From a virus, in IMG/VR virus record IMGVR_UViG_3300010354_000053, positions 32,001 through 96,000 of that record: a DNA stretch of 64,000 nucleotides; one strand, given 5' to 3'. A program made the position numbers and the translations under genes. Position 1 is the stretch's first letter. Each line of letters opens with the position of its first letter. Under the pieces are notes generated by a model, which was not told where the DNA came from, did no database searches, and saw nothing but the letters and a program-made list of their open reading frames with translations. Below, one piece after another: positions 40,108 to 48,240 of this stretch.

Positions 40108-40117
40108 GTGTATAATT
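40108..40117 (+). promoter_or_regulatory. Candidate late promoter GTGTATAATT
   Basis: About 80 nt upstream of major capsid gene. Confidence 0.55.
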
Positions 40118-40195
40118 ACTTTAACTCCATGAGTTTAAGCTTTTTGGTGTAGAATTGTATAAGAAATTTGTTTAACTCTTTAAGAGGTGTTATGT

Positions 40196-41701
40196 ATGTC
40201 AGGTTTTAGTCCACTTAATCAGCAAGAGCTTCAAATGATCGCTCAGAAGCTAGAAAGCCTCAACAAGTCTTTCGCTGCTGGCTTCCCTGGTCTCAACAAC
40301 GCAGGAAGAACTGGTACTTCTGCAATTGCTATTGATAGCCTTGAGCCTACCGTGCGTTCATTGACTCTTGAGGACGAAGACTTCCTCTTGACCAAAAACG
40401 TTCAAACTCTCAAAGCTACACAAACTACATATAGCTATGTAGTTAAGACAGCAGTTCGTAGCGGTATCGACACATGGGGCGTCGAAACATTCCTTCCACA
40501 AGAAGATGTTTCACAATACATGCGCGTTGCTGAAGTCCTTCGCGTTCAAGGTATTCGTAAAACAATTACTCACCTTGCACAAACCGTTAACTCTGCTGGC
40601 GGCTATATGCTTGACCTCGAAGCAGAGAACGACAAGAACGCAGCTATGTCAATGGCTGAAGGTCTTGAGCGTGCAATGTACATCGGTGGCGACATGTATC
40701 TTGACCAAAACGGTGAGATCGACAGCACTCTTGCTGCTAATCCCAACGCTCCTATGCGTATGCCACGCGGTATCCAAGCTCAAATCCGTGAAGGTAACAA
40801 GTCTGCTCGCGGTATCATCGGCGACTTCGTTGGCTACGGTAACAACCGTGTAACTTTCGCTGATGCTAAGGGCCAAGTTCTTACTAGGGGCCAAGTTGAC
40901 AAGCTTGTTTCTGCAGTTCGCGAAAACCGCGGTCGTATCGTAGAAGCTCACTGTACTGTTGACCAACTTGTTCACTTCCGTGCTACATTCTTCCCATTTG
41001 AGCGCGGTGATCTTGGCGCAGCTTACGCTATTCGTGGTGCAAACGTTGAAGCTGAAGCTAAGTCTGGTTTCCCACTTCAAACAGTTGTTGGTACAGTTGA
41101 TTTCATTCCTTCTGTATTCAAATATACTCGCGCTTATCCAGAGCCTGTCATGAGTTCCAGCGGAACAATTGCAACTCCTGTTATCTCAGGAACTGCTCAA
41201 GTTGCTGGTAATACATCATTCAAGGCTGGCGATGTTGTTAAATATGTTGTTCAAGCTGTTAACATCCACGGCATTTCAATGCCTTCAGCTGAAGTTTCTG
41301 TAACTATTGCTGCTGATGGTAACAAAGTTCAGCTTACAATCGGTGCTGTTCCTGGCGCTGAAGAGTTCGCTCTATTCCGCACTGCGGTTGGCGGCGCTTC
41401 TGGTACATGGAAAGCTTGCGGTCGTGTAATCGCTGCTCGCGCTGGTGCAACTACTGCGGTTGATGCACAAGCTATCCTTCCTGGCCTTGACAGCGTTGTG
41501 TTCCTACCAAAAGCTCAGTTCCGTGCTAAGCTTGCGGTTCTTGGCGAAATGCTTTCAAAGATGAAACTCGGCCTTCGCGGTCTTGTTGAAGAAACTCTTT
41601 ATGTAAGTTACCTCGCAGTTGTTCTTGAACATGTACGTCATCACGGCCTCCTTGATAACGTCTACCATGAGCTCAATGACGAGACCTACGGAAGCGTCTG
41701 A
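40196..41701 (+). CDS. Major capsid protein (SPO1/Twort type)
   Basis: LNKSFAAG cleavage site, AIAIDSLEPTVRSLT, LERAMYIGGD, Ig-like insertion KYVVQAVNIHGISMPS; strongly biased codons. Confidence 0.9.
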   Translation: MSGFSPLNQQELQMIAQKLESLNKSFAAGFPGLNNAGRTGTSAIAIDSLEPTVRSLTLEDEDFLLTKNVQTLKATQTTYSYVVKTAVRSGIDTWGVETFLPQEDVSQYMRVAEVLRVQGIRKTITHLAQTVNSAGGYMLDLEAENDKNAAMSMAEGLERAMYIGGDMYLDQNGEIDSTLAANPNAPMRMPRGIQAQIREGNKSARGIIGDFVGYGNNRVTFADAKGQVLTRGQVDKLVSAVRENRGRIVEAHCTVDQLVHFRATFFPFERGDLGAAYAIRGANVEAEAKSGFPLQTVVGTVDFIPSVFKYTRAYPEPVMSSSGTIATPVISGTAQVAGNTSFKAGDVVKYVVQAVNIHGISMPSAEVSVTIAADGNKVQLTIGAVPGAEEFALFRTAVGGASGTWKACGRVIAARAGATTAVDAQAILPGLDSVVFLPKAQFRAKLAVLGEMLSKMKLGLRGLVEETLYVSYLAVVLEHVRHHGLLDNVYHELNDETYGSV

Positions 41702-41710
41702 TAAGACGCT

Positions 41711-41748
41711 AAAAAGAAGAAGGCTGGGTTTCCCCAGCCTTTTTTTTT
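41711..41748. terminator. Bidirectional terminator
   Basis: AAGGCTGGG-tttc-CCCAGCCTT with T run. Confidence 0.85.
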
Positions 41749-42769
41749 ATTTCCTAAAATGTGATCCGTTTTCTTTTACGCCATTTGCAGTAACTAAAAC
41801 AAACTCAGCAATGCTATGGAATTGCTCTAAATTAGCCGCGCCGCAATAAGAAAATGCTGATCTAAGACCACCATTAATTTGTTGCAATATAGTTTGTGTT
41901 TCTGTAATTGAAGAAATTATATGAGAAGAGCCCTCTGGCGCTCTGTGACTAGCTTCTTTATTTTGGTCTTTATAAGAGCTGAGGCTTGCAGAACCTCTAA
42001 ATTCATTAGGACGCTCACAAGCTGTTGAGCCGGCTAACATTCCGCCAATCATAACTGCTTTTGCACCAGCTGCTAATGCCTTAGCAATATCTCCGCTTGT
42101 TTTACAACCACCATCGGCAATTAATGGATATTTATCTGGAGAATTATTCATTATGGCTGACAGCTGAGGAAATCCGCATCCGGTCACAGTTCGAGTTTCG
42201 CAGACAGAACCTGGGCCGATTCCAATTTTGTAACCAATAATATTACTTGGTTTTCTGTGTAAAACTGATCCATTGTCTGTTACCGATTTTAAAAATGGAA
42301 AAATATCAATAAAATTACCAATTACATAATCAATGTGAGGATGATCTTCTGCAATATCTGCAAGAAACTCTGCAACTTGCGATTGAGCGGCGTGTGCAAC
42401 ATCAATAACAAACGTTTTGACTCCTAATTTTTCTAGCTCATCGTGCCGCTCTCTACTTTTTTTATCAATACCGATAGATGCCCAAAAATTTATACCCTGT
42501 TTAAGTAAACTTTCGGCAATAATACAGTTTTCTTCGACACTCATAAATCGATGGAGACAGCCGATTCCACCCGCTTGGTGCATTGCTATACACATATTAT
42601 GGCCAGTAATTGTGTCCATGTTTGCAGAAATAACTGGGAGTGTAAGATTAGTATAACGGCCAATCTTGGTTGATAAATCAACTTCTGACCTAGAAGTAAT
42701 TGTCGAAAACTTTGGGACAATTAAAACATCATCAAACGTATATCCTATTTTTTGACTTAAAAATGCCAT
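41747..42769 (-). CDS. GMP reductase / IMP dehydrogenase family enzyme (no CBS domains)
   Basis: TFDDVLIVP, SANMDT, DVAH, GIGPGSVCETR, ADGG, MIGGMLAG, GGLRSAFSY; HRAPEG favours GuaC. Confidence 0.9.
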   Translation of the reverse strand: MAFLSQKIGYTFDDVLIVPKFSTITSRSEVDLSTKIGRYTNLTLPVISANMDTITGHNMCIAMHQAGGIGCLHRFMSVEENCIIAESLLKQGINFWASIGIDKKSRERHDELEKLGVKTFVIDVAHAAQSQVAEFLADIAEDHPHIDYVIGNFIDIFPFLKSVTDNGSVLHRKPSNIIGYKIGIGPGSVCETRTVTGCGFPQLSAIMNNSPDKYPLIADGGCKTSGDIAKALAAGAKAVMIGGMLAGSTACERPNEFRGSASLSSYKDQNKEASHRAPEGSSHIISSITETQTILQQINGGLRSAFSYCGAANLEQFHSIAEFVLVTANGVKENGSHFRK

Positions 42770-42791
42770 TTTGTCCTCGTTATGCACGCCA

Positions 42792-43136
42792 TCAAAGTTC
42801 TCCAATCAAATAATCAACAATAAACTTATACTTTTTTCTTTTATCTTTAGATGAAGACAATAATTTAATTAAATCATCGAGGCTATCAACAGTTTTTGTT
42901 CTATAGTAGCCGTTTGTTTCGGCTGCATGCATAACAACCCAGTTAGATATTTCCGCTTCGCTTAGAATGAAATCGTCCCAACGACATTTTTGTAAAAACT
43001 TATCGAAAGACAATGGTGCGTAATAGGTTTGTGTTGTGTGGAATTTTGGAATTACTTTCTTGTATATACGAATATCTCTGTCAAGAGATAACAATAAGTA
43101 ATTATTTTCGTTATTTTTTGTTTGTTGTGTTTCCAT
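42792..43136 (-). CDS. Hypothetical protein (paralog of 45684-46034)
   Basis: Shared P.S..KF / ISN / DLI..L / Y..I...L pattern. Confidence 0.55.
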   Translation of the reverse strand: METQQTKNNENNYLLLSLDRDIRIYKKVIPKFHTTQTYYAPLSFDKFLQKCRWDDFILSEAEISNWVVMHAAETNGYYRTKTVDSLDDLIKLLSSSKDKRKKYKFIVDYLIGEL

Positions 43137-43174
43137 AACAATGTTATATTTGCATTAAAAATGGTAGACAACGC

Positions 43175-43408
43175 ATGGAATTTCAGGGCAAAGAACATAA
43201 AAAAAGAGTTCGAACTGCATTGCGTAAGTATAATGAAGACGCACGAAAGCCTGTTTATTGTATAGATATGATTACCGGAGAGATTGAATCATTTGAAAGT
43301 AAATATGACGCAGAAAAGGCGGGCTATAAACGGTATCGTATAGATCGGTGTTTAAATGGGGAGCGACGTAGCTACAAGGGAAAAATGTGGTATGAGGGAA
43401 CGCTCTAA
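43175..43408 (+). CDS. Stand-alone NUMOD1-type DNA-binding protein
   Basis: KPVYCIDMITGEIESFESKYDA...IDRCLNGERRSYKGKMW. Confidence 0.7.
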   Translation: MEFQGKEHKKRVRTALRKYNEDARKPVYCIDMITGEIESFESKYDAEKAGYKRYRIDRCLNGERRSYKGKMWYEGTL

Positions 43409-44257
43409 TCACTGTTTTTGTTTTCGTTTCTCTTGAATAATACTGTCTAGATGATGAACATCTGGATTTTCTTGTAATATCTTTAAACCATATTTAATTC
43501 GATGTCCATAATCACTGTTTTCTTTATTTCCAGATCTTACTGCTTCCAAGCTACCATTAAATAATTGTGCGGCTAATAACCATTTTTCTTCTTCAGTATT
43601 TGCCATGCCAACTACTCTCGGATCGTTATTCTTTTTCCAATTATTAATACGATTAATATTATCTTTTAAATGAAGAGCTGTGGCGTGAATTGCGCTTTTT
43701 GTGTCTTTATATGCGTCAACTTTATCGCGTTTTAAAAACGCATTTCTGGTAGATTCTCTAAATTGATAGGGAGTTAATGTATTAAATTTAGACCTATCAT
43801 TCCAGTTAGACAGCTCTCCGGCAACTCGGATGGCCGTGATCATTCGGTGTGGAATACCAAACTTTTTCTCAGCGGCTTCTTCTTCGGGAATATGCCGCGG
43901 ATCTCGATAATTATGCAAAATCTGCCCTGGTTTAAGAGGGTGGTTTTCCATAATTTTTTTATCTTGAGGAGTCAATATTTTTAACGGTATGTTTTGTTCA
44001 AAGACAGAATAGGGGGAAGTCTCTGGAAATGCAAATTTTTGTTGTTGTGTTTCTGTTTTAGGCGCAATTTGTTCAGCTTTTGGAGCTGGGGTATTGGGCG
44101 CCTGTGGTCTGGGGGATTGATTGTTTAAAAGAGTAGACGCTCCAACCAGTCCAGCTTTTATTTTATCAGAAAAAGAACTTTTTTCTAACATTTCATTGAT
44201 AGATTTTTTTAAATCTATCAATTCTTTTTCTATTTTTTGAAATTTATTTGCATCCAT
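43409..44257 (-). CDS. Lytic transglycosylase-like protein, probably virion-packaged
   Basis: AEKKFGIPHRMITAI..GE.S, YQFREST, AAQLFNG; N-terminal LKKS/LEKS. Confidence 0.6.
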   Translation of the reverse strand: MDANKFQKIEKELIDLKKSINEMLEKSSFSDKIKAGLVGASTLLNNQSPRPQAPNTPAPKAEQIAPKTETQQQKFAFPETSPYSVFEQNIPLKILTPQDKKIMENHPLKPGQILHNYRDPRHIPEEEAAEKKFGIPHRMITAIRVAGELSNWNDRSKFNTLTPYQFRESTRNAFLKRDKVDAYKDTKSAIHATALHLKDNINRINNWKKNNDPRVVGMANTEEEKWLLAAQLFNGSLEAVRSGNKENSDYGHRIKYGLKILQENPDVHHLDSIIQEKRKQKQ

Positions 44258-44282
44258 AACATGAATTATACATGTTTTTTAT

Positions 44283-45626
44283 TCAAAAGAGCTTTTTATT
44301 TAAACTCGATTTAACGATTTCGCTTTCTGGTTTTTTAAGCCAGACCATATTTTTAACATCAATTGCTGCAACTCCTGGAAGTTGGAGCAAAGTTCGGAAA
44401 TCTACTCCATATCCCCTATTCGCAGTGATGTTTTTAGCGTTATGATAACCGTTACCATAATATCCTTTAGACAATGCTGATCTCAATTCTTCATTATCGG
44501 TATCAAGAATGAATAAATAGCTCGATTTATACCCATAAATCGCGTAAATTTCAGTGTTTTGATGTCCGGCCTGTCTAAATCCTCCTGCTTTGGACTGTCC
44601 ACTGGACGATGCCCCTTTATGCATTTCGATGAATACATTAGGAGAATCTGTCACTTTGCCTTCTTCGTTATAGACCTTATCTTGGCAAACTGCATTAAAA
44701 ATACCATCGCTTTTTATTTCTACACGACCACCATTTGGTAAACCAATGTCCATAGAAACCCTGCGCTCGTTTCCTCTTGCAAATGCACCGTCAGCAAAAA
44801 CTGGCAATAAAAGAGTTTCTAGTTTATTAGCCAATGCATATTTTTCTTTTTTCGATTCTGTTTTTTTAAGCTGTTCGGCAGTTTTATTAATTTCCACAAC
44901 GTTTAGTTTCAGTTTTTCTGCAGTTATTTTAATAACTTCTGTCTGAGAAAATGCTGCGGGCTTTTTAGAAATAACTGTGGTCTTTTTAGGTTCTGTCTTT
45001 TCAGCTGTTAGCTTAGCCGCGGGCAGGAGTTTGGCGGAAGAAAATTCTTTTTGATTTCTTTGTAGAGCAAAGGAAAACGTTCTAAGCATCAAAATATTAT
45101 CCTCATAGGCATTATGAGGAACGATCTCATTAATTCCGCTACGCTCGGCACATACTTGCATAGACGGAGTTCCGTATTTATCAGAAGGGGTCGAAAACAT
45201 GACCGCAGGGTCAACTACCTGAAAGGGGCTTACGCATAAAGCTTCTTTGATTTCACGGGGTATAAAATGCCAATCAAAAGAGGGGTTGCGAATTAAAAAC
45301 TTCCAATCTTTGGCAGTTTTTGTGTGATCTTTGATAAACGCAATACTATATTTAGTCCATTCATCTAACGATACGACTGGAAATTCTGCAGAACCGGAAC
45401 GTATTTTTTTAAGCAGCTCAATGGTCTGCAGTTTTTCCGTTAGAAGAGTATCTAACTCCACTAGATACTTATCCTGCTTAACATAAGCAGAATAATGAGG
45501 CAATTCTGAAATTGCCGCCGTAGGTTTTGCAGAATCAAAAACAACCCAAGATGCATTAATTAGAGCCTCAGGTGATCTGTGGTTGAGTGACGTAGTTTCA
45601 CAATCAAATGCTATGTAAATAGTCAT
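44283..45626 (-). CDS. DEDDh 3'-5' exonuclease fused to a PD-(D/E)xK-like domain
   Basis: FDCETT, NPSFD, HNAYED; C-terminal MDI...VEIKSD...NVFIE. Confidence 0.75.
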   Translation of the reverse strand: MTIYIAFDCETTSLNHRSPEALINASWVVFDSAKPTAAISELPHYSAYVKQDKYLVELDTLLTEKLQTIELLKKIRSGSAEFPVVSLDEWTKYSIAFIKDHTKTAKDWKFLIRNPSFDWHFIPREIKEALCVSPFQVVDPAVMFSTPSDKYGTPSMQVCAERSGINEIVPHNAYEDNILMLRTFSFALQRNQKEFSSAKLLPAAKLTAEKTEPKKTTVISKKPAAFSQTEVIKITAEKLKLNVVEINKTAEQLKKTESKKEKYALANKLETLLLPVFADGAFARGNERRVSMDIGLPNGGRVEIKSDGIFNAVCQDKVYNEEGKVTDSPNVFIEMHKGASSSGQSKAGGFRQAGHQNTEIYAIYGYKSSYLFILDTDNEELRSALSKGYYGNGYHNAKNITANRGYGVDFRTLLQLPGVAAIDVKNMVWLKKPESEIVKSSLNKKLF

Positions 45627-45683
45627 GTTTTATCCTCGATAAGTTTATTTACAATAAACAGTTTTATATTAATTGAATATAAT

Positions 45684-46034
45684 TCATATACGTTCTACTA
45701 AAGAATTGATAATTAAATCATATTCTTTATCTCTAAAACGAGTCGCATCTTTGCAGATAATTTTAAGAAATGGTATCAAGTCTGGTATATCGACGCTAGA
45801 CCACAATAATGCATAGTGTTTATATTCTGGATATCTTGTGTAATAATTTGAAATAAATTTAACGCTGTCTAAAAAAGACAGTTTTAATAACTTACATAGC
45901 TTGTACCGATCTCTAAATTTCAGATAGGAAATAGGCTCGCTAATAATAGTTTGCCTATTATACATAATAACAATATGATTCCGATAATTAGACCAATCGG
46001 AAAGTTGTGTTAAATGGAATATTTCGATTTTCAT
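45684..46034 (-). CDS. Hypothetical protein (paralog of 42792-43136)
   Basis: See paralog. Confidence 0.55.
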   Translation of the reverse strand: MKIEIFHLTQLSDWSNYRNHIVIMYNRQTIISEPISYLKFRDRYKLCKLLKLSFLDSVKFISNYYTRYPEYKHYALLWSSVDIPDLIPFLKIICKDATRFRDKEYDLIINSLVERI

Positions 46035-46104
46035 ATTGTCAACTATTGCTCAGTTAGCATAAACGATTATTATGTATTAAATACCTAAAGGAGGTCTGTT
46101 CGCA

Positions 46105-46614
46105 ATGGCAAAAAGTCTAGAATTACGCGCATCTGTGAAATCTTTTTTATCTTCTAATGCAAAAGAAAAATTAGCTTCTGGTGTTTCTGACGAAACTCTT
46201 GAAAAAGAACTATCTGCAGTGAGGGATTTTTTTAAGGTGAGGGAGGTGGACTCTGTCATCAGCCTAAAACTTTCTCTAGAGAATATGCTTTGGAAACTAT
46301 TTGAAAACGTAAAAGTACCAGAAAGCCCTCTTCGACTTAAAGCACACGAACGTTTTCTAGGAAGAGTCGCAGAAAGTTTGAAGGCAACTCTGGAAAGCGA
46401 AGAAATTCCAAAACTAGAAACTGCGGATTTAAAGCAAGTAATACATATGGTTGAAGATCCTGAAGAATTTTCTAAACTAGAAGTTCCGTTTGAGTACACA
46501 GCCGAGGATGGAACTGTACGAGTACTGCCTCTGCCTGCAACCAATATTCTTCAAAACGAAGGTTTTGTAAGTACTTTAGATGAAATTTTTCTTCCCTGCG
46601 TGGAGAGTAAATGA
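46105..46614 (+). CDS. Hypothetical protein
   Basis: AGGAGGT RBS. Confidence 0.7.
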   Translation: MAKSLELRASVKSFLSSNAKEKLASGVSDETLEKELSAVRDFFKVREVDSVISLKLSLENMLWKLFENVKVPESPLRLKAHERFLGRVAESLKATLESEEIPKLETADLKQVIHMVEDPEEFSKLEVPFEYTAEDGTVRVLPLPATNILQNEGFVSTLDEIFLPCVESK

Positions 46615-46967
46615 CGGTTATTGATTTTAATGAATATGTGAAGAATAAAAAATCTATTGCACACGCGCCTTTTGAAAAAAACGAAGAAATGTTTAGGTCG
46701 GCGCTGTGTTTTCAGATTGAATCTTTGCTCAGATTAAATGGCTATCCATTAGTACGTGTTTTGTATCACAAAACAATGTATGTGTTTGTACTAAATATTA
46801 GTATTTGGGCATACCTGAAAATAAAAATGGCAGAATTTTTGGGTATTTTTTCATGGAAAAAGTCAATTTTAAATACAATAAAAACGCTTGATACAAATGC
46901 TTCAGAAATCAAAGTATTTCGGACTTGGCCTACAAATTATAGTATACAAAAAATACTCAATCTTTAG
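46611..46967 (+). CDS. Hypothetical protein
   Basis: GGAG RBS, ATGA overlap. Confidence 0.6.
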   Translation: MTVIDFNEYVKNKKSIAHAPFEKNEEMFRSALCFQIESLLRLNGYPLVRVLYHKTMYVFVLNISIWAYLKIKMAEFLGIFSWKKSILNTIKTLDTNASEIKVFRTWPTNYSIQKILNL

Positions 46968-47527
46968 GGGTGCTTTTTCTTGCGCCCCTTTTTCTTTTTT
47001 GCAGTGATGCTGCTAATTAAATTTTCGTCAATTTCTTCTTCAGCCGTCGAGGGCATAAAACCTTCTGTTACAGAATTAATTGGAAAATAAATATAATCAT
47101 CGTCAACATCTTCTGTTAAGATTCCGCCTTGTTTTTTATGTATATCCATTATTTCTTGGATGTTTTTTTGTTTTCTAAGTTTTTCTAGGCCAGCCTCGTA
47201 GGCAGTTTTCACTTGTTCTTTAGTGATTCCAAGTCTTTTTGCAATATCATTTTCTGTAAACTGTTCATTTTCATGAATAGACATGAATTTAAAAAAACAA
47301 TAACTAGCTTCATCTTCAGAAATAATACCCCAAATACACCCACCAGAATTAATATCTTCTGACATCATATGCCCTGGGTTATCTTTGTACCATTGAGCTT
47401 TTTGTAGACCGAGATTACAAATGCTAGTGGGATAACCATCTAGCTTAAGCGGACAACATTTTTTAAATCGAGACTTATTATCATCCTCAGTCTGAGACTG
47501 GCATGATAATTTCTTGTTGTTGTCCAT
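46964..47527 (-). CDS. Sigma-70 region 4-like HTH protein with Cys-rich N-terminus
   Basis: FTENDIAKRLGITKEQVKTAYEAGLEKLRK. Confidence 0.65.
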   Translation of the reverse strand: MDNNKKLSCQSQTEDDNKSRFKKCCPLKLDGYPTSICNLGLQKAQWYKDNPGHMMSEDINSGGCIWGIISEDEASYCFFKFMSIHENEQFTENDIAKRLGITKEQVKTAYEAGLEKLRKQKNIQEIMDIHKKQGGILTEDVDDDYIYFPINSVTEGFMPSTAEEEIDENLISSITAKKKKGRKKKHP

Positions 47528-47753
47528 TTTCTCCTACCTTAGCTTCCTGTTGCGCTAAACTAGCATTAAACGCCGCCATCCACTCTTTATCTTTGGATAA
47601 AAGATAGGCAACAGCCTTCTCCAGTTCCTCCAATCGAGCAAACAGTTGGTATGAGTTTGCAATAAACTCATTTAACGTTTTTGCAAATTGTTCTGAAAGT
47701 TGTTCTTGTGTTTCTTGTGTTTGATCAGTCATTGTTTTCTCCTTTTTTATCAT
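47487..47753 (-). CDS. Hypothetical coiled-coil protein
   Basis: Likely start MTDQTQ after AGGAG. Confidence 0.55.
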   Translation of the reverse strand: MIKKEKTMTDQTQETQEQLSEQFAKTLNEFIANSYQLFARLEELEKAVAYLLSKDKEWMAAFNASLAQQEAKVGENGQQQEIIMPVSD

Positions 47754-48189
47754 CAGAAACGTTTTCTATATCAATTTTATCTAGATAATCTTGAATATCC
47801 ATACCAGCATACGTGGTAAGAAAAATATCTGCAATAATATCTTGTTTCATTGTTTCAAATTGTTCTAATTCAATATCTTGAAGAGAGCCTATAAATGATA
47901 TCTGGGAAACAAGAGATGCGGTTAATGCTTTTACTGCTAAAACACTGAATTTTTTATCATCTTCTGCTTTGTCAGTGTATTTTAATACAATCCCATCAAT
48001 TTCTCGAATCATATCCGAGAGCCAAACAATCCATTTAGCGGCTTGGGTCTTATCTATGCCTAGTTTATCAATATTTCCTGATAATTCTTTGTCAGATTGA
48101 ATCATTTGTTTTGCTAAACTTAATTCGTAGCTTGAGTCGTCTTCTTTTTTTGATTTATCTTTTTGTTTAAATTCAAAAATATTGGACAT
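47725..48189 (-). CDS. Hypothetical protein
   Basis: GAGGA RBS, downstream of portal. Confidence 0.6.
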   Translation of the reverse strand: MSNIFEFKQKDKSKKEDDSSYELSLAKQMIQSDKELSGNIDKLGIDKTQAAKWIVWLSDMIREIDGIVLKYTDKAEDDKKFSVLAVKALTASLVSQISFIGSLQDIELEQFETMKQDIIADIFLTTYAGMDIQDYLDKIDIENVSDDKKGENND

Positions 48190-48240
48190 GTTTTTTTTCC
48201 TCTTAAAAATTATTTATTTATAAAAGGAAATAAAGCAAGG

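Noticed and set aside
43175-43408. Homing endonuclease
   Set aside because: Only the NUMOD1 DNA-binding part is present, with no HNH or GIY-YIG domain
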